A stretch of DNA of 64,000 nt from Candidatus Latescibacterota bacterium (GTDB lineage: Bacteria; Latescibacterota; UBA2968; UBA8231). Every line of letters begins with the position of its first letter. Position 1 is the stretch's first letter. This document shows positions 28,392 through 38,200 of this stretch, one piece after another. A program made the translations under genes and the position numbers. The notes under the pieces were generated by a model, which did no database searches, had not been told where the DNA came from, and saw only the letters and a list, made by a program, of their open reading frames with translations. The stretch spans positions 1,280,001 to 1,344,000 of the forward strand of contig OZ252098.1 of NCBI GenBank assembly GCA_965248355.1. The letters run 5' to 3'.

Positions 28392-30281
28392 GTGGAAAAG
28401 CTCGCATGGCTCGCGGTGTTCACACTGGGATACTGGACCTACTGCATCTACTGGGGCGTCCGGGGCGCCCGCCAGGCGCGCACCGCGAGCGACTACTTCA
28501 TCGCCGGGCGCACCATCGGCCTGTGGGTCTTCGTCCTCGCTGCCACGGCCACCTCGTTCTCGGGCTGGACCTTCGTCGGCCACCCGGGCACGATCTTCAA
28601 CGTCGGCCTGCCCTACGCCTTCGCCTCGTTCTACGCCATCACCATTCCCTTCACCGGGGTGTTGTTCCTCAAGCGCCAGTGGCTGCTGGGCCGGCGCTAC
28701 GGATACATCACCCCCGGCGAGATGTTCTCCGACTACTACCGCACCGACTGGATGCGCGTGCTCACGGTGCTCGTGGCCATGGTGTTCTCGGTGCCCTATC
28801 TCGGCATCCAGCTGCGCGCCTCCGGGCTGCTGTTCTCCCGCCTCTTGGAGGGCACGCCCCTGGAGCAGAGCTTCCTCGGCTCCATCGAGGGCGGCGCCAT
28901 CCTGCTGTCGGTGGTCGTCTTCGTGTACGTCGCTTCGGGGGGCCTGCGCTCGGTGGCCTACGTGGATTGCGCCCAGTGCGTCCTGCTGGCCCTGGGCATC
29001 ATCGTCCTCGGCTTCGTCGCCCTCGACCTGGTGGGCGGGTGGGCCGCCTTCAAGGAAGGGCTGGCAGGTCTCGCCCTCGTCAAGCCCGACATGGTGGCCA
29101 TCCCCTCCCGGCCGGAGTCCAGCTCCTTCCTGGAACGGGCCGGCACCCTGTTCTGGGGCGCCTCCGGGGGCCCCTGGACGGCGATGATGATCCTGACCTA
29201 CATGTTCGCCCTCATGGGCATCCAGTCGGCCCCGGCCTTCAGCATGTGGGCGTTCTCGAACAAGGACCCCAAGCCCTTCCCCTGGCAGCAGGTCGTGGCC
29301 TCGTCCCTGGCCATCGGCGGCATCCTGTTCTTCTTCACCGCCTTCCAGGGGCTCAGCGGCTCGATCCTGTTCCACGAGATCCTTCCCGGCACCGAGAAGC
29401 TCGGCCTGCCCACGAACGAGGCGGGGAAGCCGCTCACGGATTATCTCGTGCCGTACCTGATCGGCTCCCTCGAGAGCGTGGCGCCGTGGCTGGTGGGCCT
29501 GCTCTGCGTCTGCGCCCTGGCGGCCATGCAGTCCACGGGCGCCGCCTACATGTCGACGGCCAGCGGCATCGTCACCCGCGACCTCTACCGCCACTTCTTC
29601 GCCCGCGACGTCAGCCACCGCGCCCAGGTCCTGGTGGGCCGCCTCACGGTCTTCGTCATCGTCGCCCTGGCCCTGCTGGTGGGCCTGGCCTCCGGCGACC
29701 TGCTCGTGCTGCTCGGCGGGGCGGCCGTGTCCTACGGGTTCCAGATGTGGCCGGCCCTGCTCGGCATCTGCTACCTCCGCTGGTTCACCCCCCAGGGCAT
29801 AGCCTGGGGGCTGGCCGCCGGGATCGCGGCCGTCACCCTGACCTACGTGACCCAGCTGGGCGGGCTCGTCGGGATCGGCCGCTACCCCCTCACCATCCAC
29901 AGCGCCGGCTGGGGGATCCTGGCCAACCTCAGCGTGTGCGTCGTCGTCAGCGCCCTGACCCAGAGCGCGAGCGCGACCCGGCACCGCGCCGGGTACCACG
30001 ACTTCCTGAAGGAGCACACGGCCCTGAGCCCGGACCGGCAGCGCTGGAAGAAGCCGGTGTGGATCTTCACGGTGGTCTGGTTCCTCTTCGCCATCGGACC
30101 CTTCGCCGTGCTCGGCAACGAGGCCGACCCGTCCCGCTGGATCATGGGGATCCCCACCTTGTGGATCTGGCAGATCGTCTGGTGGATCGTCGGCGTGGCA
30201 ATGATGTACCTCCTCGCCTTCAAGCTGGAGATGTCCACCGTGCCCCGTTCCGAAGTCAAGGCGCTGGCCGAATCCGACTGA
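28392..30281 (+). CDS. Sodium:solute symporter (SSS) family transporter
   Basis: DYFIAGR, ATSFSGWTF, GGLRSVAYVD, LAAMQST; many TM segments. Confidence 0.92.
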   Translation: MEKLAWLAVFTLGYWTYCIYWGVRGARQARTASDYFIAGRTIGLWVFVLAATATSFSGWTFVGHPGTIFNVGLPYAFASFYAITIPFTGVLFLKRQWLLGRRYGYITPGEMFSDYYRTDWMRVLTVLVAMVFSVPYLGIQLRASGLLFSRLLEGTPLEQSFLGSIEGGAILLSVVVFVYVASGGLRSVAYVDCAQCVLLALGIIVLGFVALDLVGGWAAFKEGLAGLALVKPDMVAIPSRPESSSFLERAGTLFWGASGGPWTAMMILTYMFALMGIQSAPAFSMWAFSNKDPKPFPWQQVVASSLAIGGILFFFTAFQGLSGSILFHEILPGTEKLGLPTNEAGKPLTDYLVPYLIGSLESVAPWLVGLLCVCALAAMQSTGAAYMSTASGIVTRDLYRHFFARDVSHRAQVLVGRLTVFVIVALALLVGLASGDLLVLLGGAAVSYGFQMWPALLGICYLRWFTPQGIAWGLAAGIAAVTLTYVTQLGGLVGIGRYPLTIHSAGWGILANLSVCVVVSALTQSASATRHRAGYHDFLKEHTALSPDRQRWKKPVWIFTVVWFLFAIGPFAVLGNEADPSRWIMGIPTLWIWQIVWWIVGVAMMYLLAFKLEMSTVPRSEVKALAESD

Positions 30282-31972
30282 ACCTCCGCTCCGCGATCCG
30301 GCTCCCGGCCGCCCTCGCCCTGAGCGCGGCGATCAGCGGATGGCTGCTGCCCGGGTATGGGCCGCACGGGGGGTGGAGCCTGTTCCCGCCGCTGTGCGCC
30401 ATCGCCGTGGCCGTCATCACGGGACGTCTGGTCCTCGGGCTGTGTACGGCGCTGCTCGGGGCCGCCCTGCTCACCCAGCCCTTCGAGGCTGGATGGGCGG
30501 CCCTCTGGCAGGTCCCGGGAAGGGCGGTGGGCGACTTCGTCTGGCGACCCCTGACCGGCTCCTTCCAGCTCTTCATCCTGGCCTTCACGGTCTCCCTCAT
30601 CGGCATGGTCCGCGTCGTCGCCGTTGCGGGCGGCACACGGGGCATCGCCGAGGCCCTGGCTCGCAGCGCCCACGGCCGGCCCCGGGCCCGGATGGCGACC
30701 TGGCTCCTCGGCCTGGCCATCTTCTTCGACGACTACGCCAACACCCTCGTGGTGGGCACCACCATGCGCCCGGTCTGCGACCGCCTGCGCATCTCCCGGG
30801 AGAAGCTGGCCTACCTGGTCGACTCCACGGCGGCCCCGGTGGCGGGGATCGCCGTGATCAGCACCTGGATCGGTTACGAGGTGGGGCTGCTTCAGGATGC
30901 GATGGACGAGCTGGGCGCGGGGATCTCCGGGTACGAGCTGTTCTTCCGCGCCCTCTCGAGCCGGTTCTACTGCTGGCTCGCCATCCTCTTCGTGGGGGCC
31001 ACCGTCCTGCTGCGCCGGGACGCCGGACCGATGCTGGCCGCCGAACGGCGGGCGGCCACCCGCGGCCAGGTGCTGAGGCCGGGGGCCGTGCCCCTGACGG
31101 GCTCCGGGGCGGAACGGAACCTCGAACCCCCGGAGGGGGTCCGGCCCGACTGGCGCCTGGCGGCGGCGCCGGTCCTCGTGGTTCTGCTCGGGGTGATCCT
31201 CGGCATGCAGTGGGACGCATGGGGGCACCCCGATGTGCGCCGCGCCCGCCTCGAGGAGGGGATCCTGGGCCCCTCCTACTGGACCGCGGTGCTCGGCAAC
31301 GCGGCAGGCGCCAGGGTGATGTTCCTGGCCGCCGTGGCCGGGTCGGTTACCGCCTTTCTCCTGGCCGTCAGCCGCCGCCGGGAGGACGGCGCCCGGCCGG
31401 TCTCGGCCTGGATGGCCCTGCGAGCCTGGCTCGGCGGCGTCACCGGGTTTCACCGGGCCCTGGTGATCCTCATCCTCGCCTGGGCCATCAAGGAGGCCTG
31501 CGCGGCCGTGGACACGAGCGGCTACCTGCTGGCCGCCCTGGGGGACTCCATGCCGCCCCATCTTCTGCCCGTGCTCGTCTTCCTGCTGGCCGCGGCCGTC
31601 GCCTTCTCCATCGGCACGTCGTGGACGACGATGGCGATCCTGCTGCCCACGACCCTGCCCCTGGCCCACGCCCTCGGCGGCCTGCCGACGACGGTTCTCG
31701 TGGCCGCGGCGGTCCTCGACGGCGCCATCTTCGGGGACCACTGCTCGCCGATCAGCGACACCACGGTGCTGTCGAGCGTCGCCGCCGGGTGCGACCATCT
31801 CGATCACGTGAAGACCCAGGTCCCCTATGCCCTGGGCATCATGTCCGTGGCCGCCGTGTTCGGGTACCTGGGCACGGCCGTGGCCTATCCGGCGTGGGTC
31901 GGACTGGTCCTGGGGATCGCGGTATCCTGGGGAGGGCTGCGGCTGCTGGGCGAGGATCCCGACGCCCCCTGA
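30278..31972 (+). CDS. Na+/H+ antiporter NhaC family protein (probable amino-acid or organic-acid transporter)
   Basis: WSLFPP, IFFDDYAN, SREKLAYLVDSTAAP, GTSWTT, GAIFGDHCSPISDTT, DHVKTQ. Start uncertain; a CTG overlapping the upstream stop is assumed. Confidence 0.85.
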   Translation: MNLRSAIRLPAALALSAAISGWLLPGYGPHGGWSLFPPLCAIAVAVITGRLVLGLCTALLGAALLTQPFEAGWAALWQVPGRAVGDFVWRPLTGSFQLFILAFTVSLIGMVRVVAVAGGTRGIAEALARSAHGRPRARMATWLLGLAIFFDDYANTLVVGTTMRPVCDRLRISREKLAYLVDSTAAPVAGIAVISTWIGYEVGLLQDAMDELGAGISGYELFFRALSSRFYCWLAILFVGATVLLRRDAGPMLAAERRAATRGQVLRPGAVPLTGSGAERNLEPPEGVRPDWRLAAAPVLVVLLGVILGMQWDAWGHPDVRRARLEEGILGPSYWTAVLGNAAGARVMFLAAVAGSVTAFLLAVSRRREDGARPVSAWMALRAWLGGVTGFHRALVILILAWAIKEACAAVDTSGYLLAALGDSMPPHLLPVLVFLLAAAVAFSIGTSWTTMAILLPTTLPLAHALGGLPTTVLVAAAVLDGAIFGDHCSPISDTTVLSSVAAGCDHLDHVKTQVPYALGIMSVAAVFGYLGTAVAYPAWVGLVLGIAVSWGGLRLLGEDPDAP

Positions 31973-31990
31973 TCCGGGGAACCGCCGGGT

Positions 31991-32509
31991 CTACCAGGAA
32001 GCGGTCGTGCGGTCCACGATCTCCTCGATGATCATGGCCATGGCCGCCTCCACGGCCTGGTTCCGTCCCTCGTCGTCCTCGTCGGGCAGCCCCGCGTCGT
32101 AGGTCCCCCAGCCCACGAGGGACTCGATCTCGAGCAACTCGCTGCCGTCGGAGGAGCGCTCCAGGAGGGCGGCGGCGAAGAGCCGGAAGCGGTACTGCTC
32201 CGTCACCTCGGCGAAGGTGTGGTACTCGTCCTCGAGCCGGTCGAGGCGCAGCAGAAGCTGGGCGTCGGCCGACTCCTCGTCGACCACCCGCAGGCGCCCG
32301 TCCTGGAGGAAGGCCTCGGTGATCTGGTCCGTCAGCCGCTGAGCGATGTCGACTTCCGGAGTCCCGTTCTCGGCGGTGGGGATGGCGACGGTGCGGATGC
32401 CGCCCACGAGCCCGGCGCTCGTGGAGTAGTGGGAGCAGGCTCCGAGCAGGAGGCCGAGCAGGCAGACCGCGCGTCCCAGGCCCGGTGAGCCTCCCTCAGC
32501 CGGGCGCAT
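31991..32509 (-). CDS. lptE: LPS assembly lipoprotein LptE family
   Basis: Lipobox LLGAC, IRTVAIP..EN.T, LRVVDEESADAQL, C-terminal W. Confidence 0.7.
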   Translation of the reverse strand: MRPAEGGSPGLGRAVCLLGLLLGACSHYSTSAGLVGGIRTVAIPTAENGTPEVDIAQRLTDQITEAFLQDGRLRVVDEESADAQLLLRLDRLEDEYHTFAEVTEQYRFRLFAAALLERSSDGSELLEIESLVGWGTYDAGLPDEDDEGRNQAVEAAMAMIIEEIVDRTTASW

Positions 32510-33032
32510 CCGGTTCGGCGGTCGAGCCGCTCCCGGTCTGGCCGGTGGACTCGTAGGTCTCCGAGGGCAGATCGGGGACCACCTTCGGCGCCGCGGCGTC
32601 CATCTCGGCGAGCCCCTCCAGGGAGATGGCGCGGGCCGTGTCGCCCACGCCGATGGGCTGGGCCCGGGGGCGGCCCGACAGGTCGGAGGGCCGTACGGCC
32701 AGGCGTTCCCGCTCGCTGGCGTGATCCCCGTACAGGCCGAAGGAGTGCCGCACCATCATCGCGCTCAGGGTGGCCGTCGCTCCGGGCCCCTCCTCGGAGA
32801 GGGGGGACCGCGCCGTGGCCATGCGTTCCTGCACGTGTGTGACGACTACGCGTCCCTTCACCGATTCCCACCGCCCGAGGCTCTCCCCGGAGTCGGGATC
32901 CCGGATGTCGTGGTGCTCGGCGACGACGGCGAACAGCATGCCTTCGTGGACACCGTCGCGGCTGCCGAGGTTGAGCACCAGGGTCGTGTCGTCGACGATG
33001 GCGGCCACCTTGCCGGTGATCGGCTCGCTCAT
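32496..33032 (-). CDS. Hypothetical protein (FlgT-C-like beta domain)
   Basis: GKVAAIVD...LNLGSRDGV..G and DPDSGESLG motifs; AGGAG RBS. Confidence 0.65.
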   Translation of the reverse strand: MSEPITGKVAAIVDDTTLVLNLGSRDGVHEGMLFAVVAEHHDIRDPDSGESLGRWESVKGRVVVTHVQERMATARSPLSEEGPGATATLSAMMVRHSFGLYGDHASERERLAVRPSDLSGRPRAQPIGVGDTARAISLEGLAEMDAAAPKVVPDLPSETYESTGQTGSGSTAEPDAPG

Positions 33033-33134
33033 CACAGCTTCTCCTGCCTGGCGTGGGTACTGCTGAAACCGCTGTAGAAGATAGAGGACCCGCCCCGAAG
33101 CGGCAGGCCATGAGATGGGGATGTCCCGAAGGAG

Positions 33135-34187
33135 TCAGTCCTGGCGCAGGGCGATGGATCCCGTGGGCCGGTCGTCGGGTCTCCAGCGGACGAGGAAGTC
33201 CTCCGGGTCCCTGTAGCCATTGAGCCCGCCGCGGCTCCGGACCTGGTAACGCACGGCGTAGTGGAGGTGGGGTCCGGTGGAACGGCCGGTGCTGCCCATC
33301 GTTCCGATCGTGTCCCCCCGCGCCACTCGTTGGCCCTTGCGGACCAGGATCTCGTGCAGATGTCCGTACTCGGTGCGCAGAAGCCCCGGCCGCGAGGTCG
33401 CCACCCCGTCTTCGCCGATCCCCAGGGGATTGTGGTTGAGCACGACCACATTGCCAAGGAACCTGTGGGTGTAGGCGGAGGCCACCTGTCCAGCGGCGGT
33501 GGCCACGATGGGGTGGCCCCGGCTGCCTGCCAGATCGATGCCCAGGTGCCTGGACTTCAATCCGGTGAAGGGGTCGATGCGGGGTCCGAAGCCGGAAGAG
33601 ACCCAGACGCGCCGGGGATCGGCTACCGGCCAGATGGTGGGAACGTAGAGGAGGGTCTTCTTGTTGGCCTCGAGGGTGGCGATAAGGTTCTGGGAGCTCG
33701 CCAGCTGGTAGAGGGCCTCTCGCTGGAGGGCTTCGATGCGCTGGGTCAGATCCTGCAGCCGCTTCTGGGGGGGCCGGTCCGTGTACTTATCGGGCAGATC
33801 CTCCAGCTCCTCACGCCCGCCCACGCCCAAGGCCATGCCCTCGCTACGGACAGAGGGCCCTTCGTGGAAATCGCTCAGCCGCTGGTCCTGGTCGCCCAAC
33901 TGGCTCATGACCGCCTCGAGGTGGGACAGGTCGCGACGGGCCGAGTCGAGCCTGGCCTCGAGCAAGTCGGTCCCGCCTTGGAGGACCGCCAAGTCGCGCC
34001 CCTGGACCGCCAGGTCGCGCCCCTGATCGGCGCGGGTGTGGAAGTGGAGCGCGTAGTGCCCGAAGAGGGCGGCCAGCAGGGCGCAAGCCAGTGCACCGCT
34101 CCACAGGATGCGGGTGGAGAGCCCGAACTCCCGGACCTGACCGTCGTTCTGGGGGATGACGATGAAGGTGATCCGTTTCCCGGGCAT
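33135..34187 (-). CDS. M23 family metallopeptidase (peptidoglycan endopeptidase)
   Basis: N-terminal TM segment plus coiled coil; SSGFGPRIDPF, HLGID, YGHL, GSTGRSTGPHLHY. Confidence 0.92.
   Translation of the reverse strand: MPGKRITFIVIPQNDGQVREFGLSTRILWSGALACALLAALFGHYALHFHTRADQGRDLAVQGRDLAVLQGGTDLLEARLDSARRDLSHLEAVMSQLGDQDQRLSDFHEGPSVRSEGMALGVGGREELEDLPDKYTDRPPQKRLQDLTQRIEALQREALYQLASSQNLIATLEANKKTLLYVPTIWPVADPRRVWVSSGFGPRIDPFTGLKSRHLGIDLAGSRGHPIVATAAGQVASAYTHRFLGNVVVLNHNPLGIGEDGVATSRPGLLRTEYGHLHEILVRKGQRVARGDTIGTMGSTGRSTGPHLHYAVRYQVRSRGGLNGYRDPEDFLVRWRPDDRPTGSIALRQD
33983..34024. repeat. 21-bp tandem duplication within the M23 gene
   Basis: GGACCGCCAAGTCGCGCCCCT / GGACCGCCAGGTCGCGCCCCT (1 mismatch), encoding QGRDLAV twice. 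Confidence 0.85.
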
Positions 34188-34341
34188 CCTTGAATTATAG
34201 GCCCATTTCACCGAATCGCCAACACCCCCCGGGCCCCGCCGATGGTTGCGGCCCCCATTCGTGATTCGTAACTTCTTTTGTTTCTATGTCGAGAATTCAG
34301 GCGTACTTAGACCCCATTCCGCTTCCGCTCCGGAGTCTGCG

Positions 34342-36246
34342 ATGATCCCCGGCCTGCGCCGCGTCGTCGCCTTGGCCATGTTCCCGGCAGCGGTGGCCAC
34401 AGGTGAGGCGGCCCTTGGGCCGACCATCCAGGACGAGCTGAAGAACTCCTTCTTCCCCATCGTCCGGTCCATCAACTCCTATTACATGTACGAGGTCTCC
34501 CCGGACACCCTCATGAGGGCCGCTCTGCGGGGGATCTTCCAGGCCCTCGACCCGTCCTCGGAGTTCGCCATCAGCGGCTCCGAGGAGGACTGGCAGAAGA
34601 ACTTCTCCACCTTCGAGCGGGCCGTACGCGTGGTCGACAAGAAGGCCTTCTACGCCGTGGGCCCCGACACGCTGATCCGCTTCGGGATCAAGGGCCTGAT
34701 GTCGGTCCTCGATCCGGACACGGTGTTCATGGAGAAGCTGAGCCTGGCCAACTTCCACATCAACACGCGCGGGGAGTACGGCGGGCTCGGCTTCCGCATC
34801 CAGGTCGTCCACCCCGACAGCGCCATCGCCGTATGGTCGCTGCTTCACGAGGATACGCCGGCGGCCCGGGCGGGCGTGAAGTCGGGGGACCTGATCGTCG
34901 CCATCGACGGCCAGTCGACGCGCACCATGGACGCCAGCCAGGCCGCCACCCTCATGCGCGGCACCGTGGACACCGACGTGACCCTGACCCTGCGCCGCGC
35001 CGGGGTGGAGGGCCCCTTCGACATCACCGTCACGCGTGAGGTCGTGCACATCAACTCCGTGCCCTGCCACGTGATGTTTCCCGACTCCACGGGCTACATC
35101 AAGCTCACCGGCTTCCAGCACAAGTCCAGCCAGGAGGTGCGCGCGGCCCTGGCCGACCTGCTCGACCAGGGCATGCAGCGGCTGATCTTCGACCTGCGCA
35201 GCAACGGCGGCGGCTACCTGACCGAGGCGGTGCAGGTGGCCGACCTGTTCCTGCCGCCCAACCGCCTCGTGGTCTACACCGCCGGCCGCGCCTTCCAGGA
35301 TACGACGAGGTACGTCACCACCGAGGAGGCCATGTTCGGCGAGGGCCCCCTCATGATCCTCGTCGACGGCGCCTCGGCGAGCGCCTCCGAGATCGTCTCC
35401 GGTGCCATTCAGGACTGGGACCGGGGCCTCGTCCTGGGAACCCCGACGGTCGGCAAGGGATCGGTTCAGCAGCCGGTTGGCATCGGCGAGCACGCCGAGC
35501 TCAAGCTGACCATGGCCGCCTACTTCATCCCCAGCGGCCGCTCCATCGACAAGCGCATGCGCAAGGACTCCACGCTCGTGGCCATGGCCGACGGGGAGTA
35601 CCGCACCTTGACCCTCGGGCGGCAGGTGCGGGGCGCCGGCGGCATCACCCCCGACATCGAGATGGAGCGGCGGCGGTCTTCCCGGCTGTACGCGCAGCTC
35701 TCCGGCTGGGGACGGAGGGGCACCCCGTTCTTCAACAACAGCCGGTTCTTCCGTTTCGCCCGGCAATACCCCGTTCAGCATCCGGAGCTCGCCCCCGACT
35801 TCGTGGCCGACGAGGGCACCATCGAGGCTTTCCGGGCCTTCGTCAACGCCGACGGCTTTCAGTACATGAGCGACCTGGAGACGAAGCTCGGGCAGTTGCG
35901 CGAGGAGGTGGACGACGAGGGGGACCACGCCATGGAGGCCATGGACCCCTCTCTCAAGCAGGTCGAGGCGGAGATCGACCAGATCGAGGAATACCACTGG
36001 AGGGACAACGCCGAGCTGCTCACCTGGAAGCTGACCTTCGACATCCGTGAGAAGGCCTTCGGGATCGAGCAGGCCTACGCCTACGACGTCACCGTCGACC
36101 CGCAGATCCAGCGGGCCCGGGAGATCCTCGGATCCGAGGTCGAGTACCAGGCCTGGTTCAAACGACCGGAGATCGGAGGCGCGCCGGCCATCGCATCCGC
36201 CACCGATACCGCCGCCGTCGAGGCCGACGGGCTGGTGCGCCATTGA
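34342..36246 (+). CDS. S41 family carboxy-terminal processing protease (CtpA/Prc-like)
   Basis: GEYGGLG PDZ region, DLRSNGGG, catalytic SASASEIV and GKGSVQ, GGITPD. Start uncertain. Confidence 0.92.
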   Translation: MIPGLRRVVALAMFPAAVATGEAALGPTIQDELKNSFFPIVRSINSYYMYEVSPDTLMRAALRGIFQALDPSSEFAISGSEEDWQKNFSTFERAVRVVDKKAFYAVGPDTLIRFGIKGLMSVLDPDTVFMEKLSLANFHINTRGEYGGLGFRIQVVHPDSAIAVWSLLHEDTPAARAGVKSGDLIVAIDGQSTRTMDASQAATLMRGTVDTDVTLTLRRAGVEGPFDITVTREVVHINSVPCHVMFPDSTGYIKLTGFQHKSSQEVRAALADLLDQGMQRLIFDLRSNGGGYLTEAVQVADLFLPPNRLVVYTAGRAFQDTTRYVTTEEAMFGEGPLMILVDGASASASEIVSGAIQDWDRGLVLGTPTVGKGSVQQPVGIGEHAELKLTMAAYFIPSGRSIDKRMRKDSTLVAMADGEYRTLTLGRQVRGAGGITPDIEMERRRSSRLYAQLSGWGRRGTPFFNNSRFFRFARQYPVQHPELAPDFVADEGTIEAFRAFVNADGFQYMSDLETKLGQLREEVDDEGDHAMEAMDPSLKQVEAEIDQIEEYHWRDNAELLTWKLTFDIREKAFGIEQAYAYDVTVDPQIQRAREILGSEVEYQAWFKRPEIGGAPAIASATDTAAVEADGLVRH

Positions 36247-36281
36247 GGGTTCGAAAAGGGAGGCCGGCGGGGACTGAGGGC

Positions 36282-37196
36282 ATGTCCGACTCAGGCAGCC
36301 GGCGCCGCCTGCCGGCCTGGTTGAAGGCGAAGGCGCCGGGCAGCCCGGGATACCTGAGGCTGAAGCGCCTGGTCAAGGGGCTGGACCTGAACACGGTCTG
36401 CGAGAGCGCCCACTGCCCCAACATCGGCGAGTGCTGGTCCGCCGGGACCGCCACCTTCATGATCCTCGGAGACGTGTGCACGCGCAGTTGCGGGTTCTGC
36501 GCCATCAGGACCGGCCGCCCCACCCACCTGGACGAGGAGGAGCCCGAACGGGTGGCCGAGGCGATTGCGCGGCTGCACCTGCGCCACGCCGTCATCACCT
36601 CCGTCAACCGGGACGAGCTCCCCGACGGCGGCGCGTCGATCTTCGCCCGCACCATCCGGGCGGTCCACGAGCGCTGCCGGCATACCACGGTGGAGGTGCT
36701 GATCCCCGACTTCCAGGGCAACTGGGAGGCCCTGGCCGAGGTCCTGGACGCCGGGCCCGAGATCCTGAACCACAACCTCGAGACCGTGCCGCGGCTCTAC
36801 CGCCGCATGCGGCCCCAGGCGCGCTACGAGCGCTCCCTGGAGCTGCTCGACCGCGCCCGGACCCTGGCGCCGGCGCCGACCAAGTCGGGCATGATGCTGG
36901 GCGCCGGCGAGACCCGGCAGGAGGTCGAGCGATCGATCGGGGACCTGGCCGCCGTGGGCTGCAGCATCCTGACCCTGGGTCAATACCTGTCGCCCTCGGC
37001 GCAACACGTGCCGGTCCACCGCTTCCTGCCTCCCGGGGAGTTCGAGGAACTCGGCGAGTTCGCGCGCGCCGTCGGCTTCGGCCACGTCGAGTCGGGCCCG
37101 CTGGTGCGCAGCTCCTACCACGCCGAGCGCCAGGTCGACGACCTGACCGCGGCCGGCGGGGACCCTTCCACCGCAATCGCGAGAGGAGGTTCATGA
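36282..37196 (+). CDS. lipA: Lipoyl synthase
   Basis: CESAHCPNIGEC auxiliary-cluster motif, CTRSCGFC radical-SAM motif, HNLETV, PLVRSSY. Confidence 0.97.
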   Translation: MSDSGSRRRLPAWLKAKAPGSPGYLRLKRLVKGLDLNTVCESAHCPNIGECWSAGTATFMILGDVCTRSCGFCAIRTGRPTHLDEEEPERVAEAIARLHLRHAVITSVNRDELPDGGASIFARTIRAVHERCRHTTVEVLIPDFQGNWEALAEVLDAGPEILNHNLETVPRLYRRMRPQARYERSLELLDRARTLAPAPTKSGMMLGAGETRQEVERSIGDLAAVGCSILTLGQYLSPSAQHVPVHRFLPPGEFEELGEFARAVGFGHVESGPLVRSSYHAERQVDDLTAAGGDPSTAIARGGS

Positions 37197-38200
37197 ACCT
37201 CGACAAGGATTCCCTGGCGGGGTACCTGCAGCGGAAGAAGTTGATCGTCGAGGACGAGAGCGTCCTCGACGTGCGTCCGGTCGGGGACGGGCTCAAGAAC
37301 CGGGTATGGGTGGTGGTCACCTCCGAGCGGCGGCTGCTGGTCAAGCAAGCCCATTGGAGGGTGCAGATGAAGATGCGCTGGTGGACGGACCGCAGGCGGC
37401 TCTTCGCCGAGAAGCGCTGCATGGAGACACTGGCCAACATCCTGCCCCCCCACGTGATCCCCGAGCCCCTGCTGGAAGACCGCACGAACTTCGTTCTGGT
37501 CACCACGGCTCCGCCCCGCGATGCGGTGGTGTGGACCGAGGAGCTGGACCTGGGACGCATCGATCTGCAGGTCGCCTCCCAGGCCGGGAACCTGCTGGCC
37601 TCCGTGCACAGCCAGACGCGCGAAATGCCCGAGCTGAAAACGATGTTCGAGGAGACCAAAGCCTTCGAGCAGCTCCGCGTGGAGCCCCTCTACGAGTACG
37701 TGGCCGCCGCCTTCCCCGAGATCCGGAGCGCCGTCGAGTCGCAGGCCCGGGATCTGATGGAGACCCGGCTCTGCCTCGTCCTCGGGGATCTGCGGCCCTG
37801 CAACGTCCTCATCAACAAGGGCCAGCTCTATCTCGTCGACTTCGCCACCGCCCACTTCGGGCAGCCCTCCTTCGATCTGGCCTTCTATGCCGGCGACATG
37901 TGCCTGAAGGCGATGCTCAACCACCCGCAGAAGGCCGCCTACCTCGAGGCGATCAACGTGTTCTGGGGCGCCTACTTCAAAGCCGCCGAATACGAGGGGT
38001 CGGCGGAGGTCGGGAGATCGGCGGTCCGGCACTTCGGTTGCCTGCTGCTGGCCCAGGTCTGCGGCCGGCGGCCGGTCCATGAGGGCGACGAGGCCTTTCG
38101 AGACCTCGCCTTCCGCATCTCCCGGAACCTCCTGTCAACCGAGCAGGAAAAAACCGAGGACATCACCGAATCCATCAATCGAACGCTGATCGATGGATGA
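37193..38200 (+). CDS. APH/choline-kinase-like phosphotransferase (MtnK-like)
   Basis: GDGLKN.V, LLVKQA, FEQLRVEP, GDLRPCN, LVDF, FDLAF; GGAGG RBS; ATGA overlap with lipA. Confidence 0.75.
   Translation: MNLDKDSLAGYLQRKKLIVEDESVLDVRPVGDGLKNRVWVVVTSERRLLVKQAHWRVQMKMRWWTDRRRLFAEKRCMETLANILPPHVIPEPLLEDRTNFVLVTTAPPRDAVVWTEELDLGRIDLQVASQAGNLLASVHSQTREMPELKTMFEETKAFEQLRVEPLYEYVAAAFPEIRSAVESQARDLMETRLCLVLGDLRPCNVLINKGQLYLVDFATAHFGQPSFDLAFYAGDMCLKAMLNHPQKAAYLEAINVFWGAYFKAAEYEGSAEVGRSAVRHFGCLLLAQVCGRRPVHEGDEAFRDLAFRISRNLLSTEQEKTEDITESINRTLIDG

Noticed and set aside
28406..31972. 1188-aa ORF in the ORF track
   Set aside because: The first ~620 codons are an Arg/Pro/Gly-rich shadow frame of the SSS gene; only the part from about 30278 is the real NhaC-family protein.
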